Below are positions 57,685 to 64,000 of a DNA stretch of 64,000 nucleotides, in pieces. A model generated the notes under the pieces. The model was not told the origin of the DNA, made no database searches, and was given only the letters and a program-made list of their open reading frames with translations. A program made the translations under genes and the position numbers. Numbering within the stretch: the first letter of the stretch is position 1; every line of letters starts with the position of its first letter. This stretch comes from an uncultured delta proteobacterium (GTDB lineage Bacteria > Desulfobacterota > Binatia > UBA9968). Location: assembly GCA_963771465.1 (NCBI GenBank), contig CAVYTU010000015.1, forward strand, positions 832,001 to 896,000, in the 5' to 3' direction.

Positions 57685-58764
57685 ATGAAATTCGCCCACT
57701 TCTCTCATGTCTGGAACAAGCCCGGCATGAACCCGGCTGGGCGCTACGCGCAACTGTGGCGCGAATTGGCGCTAAGCGACGAATTGGGCTTCGACTACGG
57801 TTTCTGCGTCGAGCATCATTTCAATCCCAACGAAAGCTGGATGCCGTCGCCGTCGATCTATTGTGCCGCGGCAGCGGCACACACGCGCCGGCTGCGCGTC
57901 GGCACCATGGGCAATGTCGTGCCCCTCTACGATCCGCTGCGAATAGCCGAAGACGCCGCCGTGCTCGACAACCTCGCCAACGGTCGCTTCGAACTGGGCC
58001 TGGTTTCAGGCATCGTGCCGGATTTCTTCGGACCCTACGGCGCTGATTTTAACAATCGCCGCGCGCTCACCCACGAAGCGCTGTTATTCATCAAGCAAGC
58101 GCTGGCGAGCGACGGCGCGTTTTCCTTCGCCGGGGAATCGCGCCACTATGAAAACGTCACACTCGGGGTAAAGCCGCTGCAGAAGCCCCATCCACCGATC
58201 TGGATTCACTCGCGCGACAACGACACCCTGGCGCTGCTGGCGCGCGAAGGCGTGCACACCGGTTATCTCTTTTTGGTGCCGCGCAACGAAGTCGCACCGC
58301 GCTATCGCGAATATTTGCGCCTGTGGAAGGAAGCGCGTCACCCCGGTAAGCCCAATATCGGTTACTGGGTGTTAGTCTACGTCGATGAGACCGATGAAAA
58401 AGCCGTGGCCAAAGCGAAACCGCATTTCGAACATTGCTTCACCCATGTCTTCGGCACGAGAGCCGACGGTGGCATCGGCTATCTCAGGTTGGCGGAGAAC
58501 CACGCCAAGCGCGGCAATCCGGGCGGCGCCGAGATCGCCCGTCACGCCATCGATGTCGAATTTCTGCGCGCGCGCAATCTCGCCTTCGTCGGCTCGCCCA
58601 AGACCGTCATCGCCCAGATCAAGCAAGCGGCCAGCGAAGGAGTGTTCAACACCGTCATGGGCGAGTTCAACATCGGCGCCATCGAAGAAGCCGATCTGAT
58701 GCGCTCGATCAAACTGTTCGGCAGCGAAGTGATCCCGGCACTGCGCCAATTCGAGCCGTACTGA
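57685..58764 (+). CDS. LLM class flavin-dependent oxidoreductase
   Basis: MKF, DELGFDY..VEHHF, DPLRIAED..LDNLANGR, KPLQKPHPPIW. Confidence 0.92.
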   Translation: MKFAHFSHVWNKPGMNPAGRYAQLWRELALSDELGFDYGFCVEHHFNPNESWMPSPSIYCAAAAAHTRRLRVGTMGNVVPLYDPLRIAEDAAVLDNLANGRFELGLVSGIVPDFFGPYGADFNNRRALTHEALLFIKQALASDGAFSFAGESRHYENVTLGVKPLQKPHPPIWIHSRDNDTLALLAREGVHTGYLFLVPRNEVAPRYREYLRLWKEARHPGKPNIGYWVLVYVDETDEKAVAKAKPHFEHCFTHVFGTRADGGIGYLRLAENHAKRGNPGGAEIARHAIDVEFLRARNLAFVGSPKTVIAQIKQAASEGVFNTVMGEFNIGAIEEADLMRSIKLFGSEVIPALRQFEPY

Positions 58765-58878
58765 GCGATCGCGATAATGTACCAAATCGGCTTACGCCAC
58801 GTCGAAGGAGTTGGGCAATAAAGTTCAGTAACCAGCGGCGGAACTTTCACACGGAGATAAAAACTGGAGAGCTAAATT

Positions 58879-58915
58879 TCCCAGGTCGCCGCAGTTTCGC
58901 CGCGGCGACCTGGGA
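58879..58915. terminator. Strong GC hairpin between convergent genes (terminator-like)
   Basis: TCCCAGGTCGCCGC-N9-GCGGCGACCTGGGA; weak U-tract. Confidence 0.55.
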
Positions 58916-58932
58916 GGCGTGGTTCGTAAGCG

Positions 58933-59250
58933 CTAATCACGATGGCGATCATCCCGGTCACGGTACACATGCCGGTTGTCTCGTCTGTCCCTCTGGATAT
59001 CATCCAAGATCGCCTGAATCTCGGCCTGATCCTGAGCGAGCCTTCTCCGGCTAGCGTGATGACGCAGGTCATACCTGAGCTTTGCTCTTGCTCGTTCCAA
59101 CCGTGCGCGATCGCCGCCTAACTCGCCGTAATTCCCGTATCTCTGATTCTGATTCCCCCATTCTCGATCGGTCGCAAGAGCCGGTGCGACAGAGGCTAGC
59201 AGAGTTCCGGCAATCAAACCGCCCAACACCACATTTTTTACCTTGTTCAT
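58933..59250 (-). CDS. Small secreted Arg/Asp-rich hypothetical protein
   Basis: AGGAGGAG RBS; signal peptide ending APALA; charged helical body. Confidence 0.7.
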   Translation of the reverse strand: MNKVKNVVLGGLIAGTLLASVAPALATDREWGNQNQRYGNYGELGGDRARLERARAKLRYDLRHHASRRRLAQDQAEIQAILDDIQRDRRDNRHVYRDRDDRHRD

Positions 59251-59535
59251 CTAAATCTCCTCCTGTTAGTTGTTGCCACCACCCGCCTCAATTCCCTCAC
59301 CTTGTTAGACGGGAATGGGACGAAAGGTTTACAGGGCGATAGCGGATCAGCCAGCAGGAAGCTGCCCAATTGGTAAACAAATGTTTGGCGTGAATAACTT
59401 AGTGACCGGCAACGTCTAAGGTTGCTCCGAGACGCGCCACCGTCGGTTAGGCGGTCTCTTAGATGGGAAAATTACCCGGATGGCTTGACGCGGTTCTTTC
59501 GGAGCAATCCGGGCTCATGACACTTTCCACTCTCT

Positions 59536-60525
59536 TTACTCTCCCTCTTCCCGATACAACGCCAGCGCTTCTGTCGCAGGCCGATCGCTGATCGAAAACA
59601 GGATCGCGTCATCACTTGTAGTATTTTCGTGCGAGTGCCATTGCCACGACGGCACGACGAAAATATCGCCTTTGCCCCAGTTGAACTCATTGGCCGATAC
59701 TTTGGTCATGCCACTGCCGCGGAAGGAATAATAAACGGTCGTGCTGGTGTGGCGGTGCGACTTGGTTTTTTCCTTGGGCCGAAGCAACTGGATCGAGCAT
59801 GAGCAGGTCGGTAGCGTGTGGCCGCCGTCCACCGGGTTGGCATATTCCAAGAGAATGCCGTCGTAAGGATCGCCGGCGCTTTCTTTCAAGCCCTGCAGAG
59901 TCGCGTTGGTCTCTTTCCAGGGATAACGGTACGGCGGTGCCTGAAATGAATTTCTGATCCACGACGGGCGCGCGTGGGAGAAAACTTTCGCCGAGTAACT
60001 TTCCGGCTTTTCCACCGGCTGCTGGGCCGCTTTGAAATTCTCCTGGATCATCGCGCCCAGATGCGTCACCAAGCGCACGTCCAAACCATCGAGCCACATA
60101 ACGGGCTCGGTGGCGTCATTGAAGTGATCATGCCACGTCCAGTTCGGCGTGGTGATGAAATCGCCTTCGAACATGGGAAAGCGTTCGCCTTCAACGATGG
60201 TGTAAGCCTTGGGTGTGCCTTTGACGATAAAACGGACCGCCGCTGCGGTGTGCCGATGCGCCGCAGCGACTTCACCCGGCTTCACCAGTTGCACGGAAAT
60301 ATGCACGGTGTTGGTCATGCCGGCGGACAATCCGGGATTGCGCATCTGAATCGTCCTTCGCCCGGCTTCACCCGTGGTGATCAACTCGCCCGACCAGTTG
60401 AGCGCCTGCATGATTTCTTCGCCCTTCCATAAATAAGGCTTGACGCTCTGCGACCATTCCGAGTGCTCCCAATGGCCTTTGAGATTTCGTTCTTTCATCC
60501 ACTGACTGAGTTCTTGCAAATCCAT
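59536..60525 (-). CDS. Gentisate 1,2-dioxygenase-like bicupin
   Basis: AHRHTAAAVRF, TPNWTWHDH, WLDGLD, YANPVDGG, HRHT, VPSWQWHSH. Confidence 0.9.
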   Translation of the reverse strand: MDLQELSQWMKERNLKGHWEHSEWSQSVKPYLWKGEEIMQALNWSGELITTGEAGRRTIQMRNPGLSAGMTNTVHISVQLVKPGEVAAAHRHTAAAVRFIVKGTPKAYTIVEGERFPMFEGDFITTPNWTWHDHFNDATEPVMWLDGLDVRLVTHLGAMIQENFKAAQQPVEKPESYSAKVFSHARPSWIRNSFQAPPYRYPWKETNATLQGLKESAGDPYDGILLEYANPVDGGHTLPTCSCSIQLLRPKEKTKSHRHTSTTVYYSFRGSGMTKVSANEFNWGKGDIFVVPSWQWHSHENTTSDDAILFSISDRPATEALALYREEGE

Positions 60526-60658
60526 TAGCATCCTCCACTGCGTGCCAAAGCCCCGCTTATAGTAATTCCATATAAACGGCGCTTGACGCTGTCAAGCTGC
60601 AACAGGATTTCGCGGCCAAATGAAGCCGCAGTCAGGAGTGCGAGCAAAACCGTGGGAT

Positions 60659-61042
60659 TCAAAACTGACGAAAAATCTTGAAATAGCCCAATCCGGAGAT
60701 AGAACGGCGCGCGTTCTGCCATACGCTGGTTTTCCGCTTGTCGATCTCATCGAGATTCGGCGTACTTTTTTCTTCCGCATCGTCGAGCGCGCGATCGACG
60801 ATCGCCCGAGCCGCTACGAGTGCCCACTGATCCGCCTTGAGTTTACTGTTAAAAGTTAGCTGCTCGGCGCCGAGGCAGTGCGCGAAGCTATGGATCCACA
60901 TGCGACGCAAGCCGCTTTCGGTGGGCAGCCAAAGACATGCCTCGGGCGACCAGGTGTGCGGCGCGATCTCATAAGAGGCGGCGCGGATGCCGCAGCCGCG
61001 GTGCTTCATACAATCAAGAATCAGTTCTTCGGCCGAAATCAC
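60659..61042 (-). CDS. Hypothetical protein
   Basis: GTG start 8 nt after AAGGAG RBS; no recognised domain. Confidence 0.5.
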   Translation of the reverse strand: MISAEELILDCMKHRGCGIRAASYEIAPHTWSPEACLWLPTESGLRRMWIHSFAHCLGAEQLTFNSKLKADQWALVAARAIVDRALDDAEEKSTPNLDEIDKRKTSVWQNARRSISGLGYFKIFRQF

Positions 61043-61089
61043 TATATCGTCTCCTTGTCATCGACCCTTCAGCTGCACTTAGGGCTATG

Positions 61090-61105
61090 CGCAATCTGCG
61101 TACCA
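61090..61105 (-). promoter_or_regulatory. sigma54-like -24/-12 promoter
   Basis: Minus strand TGGTAC-N5-TTGCG, about 50 nt upstream of the 61042 start. Confidence 0.5.
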
Positions 61106-61257
61106 AAAGCCATGCCAATGTTTTGGACCATTTAGCGGTGGAGCGCAGCGCCGGCCCGCGTAAAAATGTTAGCCTGCGGTAATAATTGCCGTCGATCTAG
61201 CTCCGTTTGACAGGTCGCGCCAATAATGGAAACTGCTAGCCACGAGAGGTAATTTGC

Positions 61258-62493
61258 ATGAATCGATGTGATTCCGCGCGGCGATTACTAATTCTGATCG
61301 CAGGATTATTTCTGTTGTCCGGTTGTCTGATCGATCAGATTGGCGGCGCTTTCAGCAAGCAACCGGAAGAGCTTGAGCGTAATGGATCGGCAACGGCACT
61401 GAAACTTATCGAGCAATCCTTTGAAGGTATCGATCCGACACGGATCGTCGATTTTCACACTCACATCCTCGCCATCGGCACCAGCGTGCGCGATGCTTTC
61501 GTAAATCCGAAAATGCGCAGCGGCGTAAATCTCGAACGGCTGAAGTTTTTAATTTATGTCAGCGCCGTTGGGGTAAAAAACATCGATGACGCCGATCGGG
61601 AATATGTCGCGCGCTTGATCCGGCTCGCCCGCGGCGTCCGACGCCAAGGGAAATACCGCATCTTGGCGTTCGACAAACATTACAACCAAGACGGCAGCGT
61701 CAATCTCGCCAAGACCAGCATGTACATTCCCAATCAGTACGTCGTCGATCTGGCGCGGCAATATCCAGAGATATTTTTACCGGTGATTTCCGTTCACCCC
61801 TACCGGCCGGATGCGATTCAGGAATTGGATAGTTGGGCCAAGGCCGGCGTGAAATACGTCAAGTGGCTGCCCAACGCCATGGGCATGGACCCGGCGAGCA
61901 AGTCAGTTGAACCGTTCTATCGCATGATGAAAGAGCGCAATATGATTCTCTTGTCCCACGCCGGCGAAGAACAAGCGGTGGAAGCGGACGAAGATCAGGG
62001 ACTCGGCAATCCGCTGCGCTTGCGCAAACCTTTGGACATGGGCATCCGCGTGATCATCGCCCACGCCGCGAGTCTCGGCACTTGCGACGACCTCGATCGT
62101 CGCGAAGCAAAGAAGGCTGACTGTTTCGACTTATTTCTGCGTCTGATGGACGAAACGAAATATGCAGGCCTCGTCTTCGGTGAGATCTCGGGAATGCTTC
62201 AGTTCAACCGTATGCCGGTGCCCTTCTCAACCTTGCTCAAGCGCCAAGATTTGCACTCGCGTCTGGTCAACGGCAGCGATTATCCGCTGCCGGCAATCAA
62301 TGCGCTCATTCGTACCCGTTCCCTCGCCAGCGATGGCTTCATCACGAGCGAAGAAAGAACGGCGCTCAACGAAATCTACGACTACAATCCGCTGCTGTTC
62401 GATTTCGTGCTGAAACGTACCATGCGCCATCCGGAGACCAAGCAGCAGTTAGCGCCGTCGGTTTTCATGGAGAATCCTGGGCTGGAAAACTGA
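61258..62493 (+). CDS. Amidohydrolase family lipoprotein
   Basis: Lipobox LSGC; VDFHTH, SVHPYR, SHAGEE, IAHAAS, NGSDYP. Confidence 0.88.
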   Translation: MNRCDSARRLLILIAGLFLLSGCLIDQIGGAFSKQPEELERNGSATALKLIEQSFEGIDPTRIVDFHTHILAIGTSVRDAFVNPKMRSGVNLERLKFLIYVSAVGVKNIDDADREYVARLIRLARGVRRQGKYRILAFDKHYNQDGSVNLAKTSMYIPNQYVVDLARQYPEIFLPVISVHPYRPDAIQELDSWAKAGVKYVKWLPNAMGMDPASKSVEPFYRMMKERNMILLSHAGEEQAVEADEDQGLGNPLRLRKPLDMGIRVIIAHAASLGTCDDLDRREAKKADCFDLFLRLMDETKYAGLVFGEISGMLQFNRMPVPFSTLLKRQDLHSRLVNGSDYPLPAINALIRTRSLASDGFITSEERTALNEIYDYNPLLFDFVLKRTMRHPETKQQLAPSVFMENPGLEN

Positions 62494-62652
62494 GGAAGAT
62501 AGAGACTAAGGATCTGATGATACGCCGTATTCTCAACTTGCTAGAGGATAGCGACAGATGACGCCGATGCAATGCTCTCTCATTCTCCTTGACGCCCCAG
62601 GTGAATCTCACTATTTTAGGCCACCTTTGAGAGCTCTGGCTGAAACTATTTC

Positions 62653-63453
62653 ATGTCCATCTTGACGCTCTGCAACGTCAGTAAAGTTTTCGGCGATGCT
62701 GGCAACGGCGCGGAGCTCATCCCTGCCGTCAACGACGTTTCACTCGATGTTCAAGCGGGCGAGTTTTTCTCCATCATCGGCCCGTCGGGGTGCGGCAAGT
62801 CGACGTTGCTCAGAATTATCGGCGGTTTGATTGCCGCCACGGCGGGAGAATTGACCGTTGGCACCGAGGAAGTCACCGGCCCGCATCCTTGGCTGGGCAT
62901 GGTGTTCCAAGAAGAATCCACTTTTCCCTGGCGCACGACGTTGGGAAACGTCGAGTTCGGCCTGGAAATGCGCGGGGTGGCGCAAGAGACGCGGCGTAAG
63001 CAGGCGCGCGCCATGATTCATCTGGTCGGTTTGTCGGGATTCGAAGATCGTTATCCGTCGGAACTTTCCGGCGGCATGAAGCAGCGTGTCGCCATTGCGC
63101 GCGCGCTCGTACTCGAGCCTAAAATATTGCTTATGGACGAGCCCTTCGGCGCGTTGGACGAGCAGACACGAATCATTCTCGGCGAAGAGCTGCTAAAAAT
63201 TCGCGCTCAGCTCAAGCAAACGATTATCTTGGTCACGCATAATATCAACGAGTCGGTGCAGCTCTCCGACCGCGTCATGATCATGACCGCGCGACCGGGC
63301 AGAATAAAAGAAATCGTCGCCATCGACTTGCCGCAGCCGCGCGACTCATCGATCATCTCTTCCGACCGCTTCGGCAAATTGGTGGCACAAGTCTGGGGCG
63401 CGCTCAGGGAAGAGTCGATTAGGAGTTTCAAACAAGCCGAGCAAAGAGCGTAA
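62653..63453 (+). CDS. ABC transporter ATP-binding protein (NitT/TauT family)
   Basis: GPSGCGKS, LSGGMKQR, LLMDEPFGALD. Confidence 0.95.
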   Translation: MSILTLCNVSKVFGDAGNGAELIPAVNDVSLDVQAGEFFSIIGPSGCGKSTLLRIIGGLIAATAGELTVGTEEVTGPHPWLGMVFQEESTFPWRTTLGNVEFGLEMRGVAQETRRKQARAMIHLVGLSGFEDRYPSELSGGMKQRVAIARALVLEPKILLMDEPFGALDEQTRIILGEELLKIRAQLKQTIILVTHNINESVQLSDRVMIMTARPGRIKEIVAIDLPQPRDSSIISSDRFGKLVAQVWGALREESIRSFKQAEQRA

Positions 63454-63465
63454 GGAGATTCGCCG

Positions 63466-64000
63466 ATGAAAAAATATTTCGTCTTGGGCTTATCGATTCT
63501 CTTCGTCTTATTTCTAGTCGCGTCTGCTTCTTGGGCCGCCGCCGCGCGCACTAAAATCATCGTCGTCGTGCCGCATCGCGTGTTCTTCACCGTCGCGCTG
63601 CCGGTCTACGTCGCTCAGGAAAAAGGTTATTACCGGGAGAACAATATCGACGTCGACGCCGTCTTCACTCGCGGCGGCGGCGAGAACGTTCAAGCCGTCG
63701 TTTCCGGTGACGCCCAAATCGGCCTCGGCACCGGAACGGTGGCGGTGATCAGCGCCTTTGTCCGCAAGGCGCCGATCAAAATCGCCGGCGCCGAGATCAC
63801 GGGCATGGATACGTTTTGGTACGTGCAGAGCAATACCGCGATCCGTAAGCTCGAAGATCTCGCCGGCAAGAAAATCGCCTTTAGCCGGCCTGGCTCTTCC
63901 AGCCACATGGCCGTGCTGGCGATCGCCGACCAGCTCAAAGCGAAAGGTTTGAAACCGAGCGAAGCCGTGTCCTTGGGCGGCTATCCCGAAGCTTATATCG
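63466..64000 (+). CDS. ABC transporter substrate-binding protein, 3' end outside window
   Basis: AAGGAG RBS; MKKYFVLG signal peptide; LPVYVAQEKGYY, LEDLAGKKIAF. Confidence 0.85.
   Translation, partial: MKKYFVLGLSILFVLFLVASASWAAAARTKIIVVVPHRVFFTVALPVYVAQEKGYYRENNIDVDAVFTRGGGENVQAVVSGDAQIGLGTGTVAVISAFVRKAPIKIAGAEITGMDTFWYVQSNTAIRKLEDLAGKKIAFSRPGSSSHMAVLAIADQLKAKGLKPSEAVSLGGYPEAYI

Noticed and set aside
59303-59333. ECF-sigma-like promoter (TGTAAA-N16-CGTCTAA, minus strand) before the small secreted protein
   Set aside because: Plausible, but a single instance with an imperfect -35 element is not enough to call.

Overview
A 64-kb gene-dense bacterial window of moderately high GC, with no rRNA, tRNA, CRISPR array or intact mobile element. 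It is dominated by expanded catabolic families (five amidohydrolases, three class II aldolases, two LLM oxidoreductases, CMD/AhpD proteins, cupins, UbiD, HpaB, MmgE/PrpD, CoA-transferase III) and many orphan solute-binding proteins. This content resembles Candidatus Binatia-type soil/aquifer genomes (inference). The main hidden signal is two genes that the ORF track truncates or splits because an in-frame TGA sits exactly at the catalytic cysteine position. One is a signal-peptide-bearing rhodanese (15423-15857, minus strand, IVFT-U-GTGAQS) and the other is an AhpD/CMD protein (22560-23129, CEY-U = CxxU). Both read TGA-GGC and are followed by a stem-loop with the same apical CAGGCTG motif, so they are probable selenoproteins sharing a SECIS signature. 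Other notable items are a degenerate GIY-YIG/TM/SPOR fusion, a deoxyhypusine-synthase-like protein with a fused condensed duplicate domain, and five sigma54-like promoters in front of mostly secreted proteins. There is also a GH44 plus metalloprotease pair beside a c-di-GMP phosphodiesterase, several palindromic intergenic repeats and a glgP remnant. About ten single-base frameshifts, including one in murJ, are most likely long-read/assembly errors.
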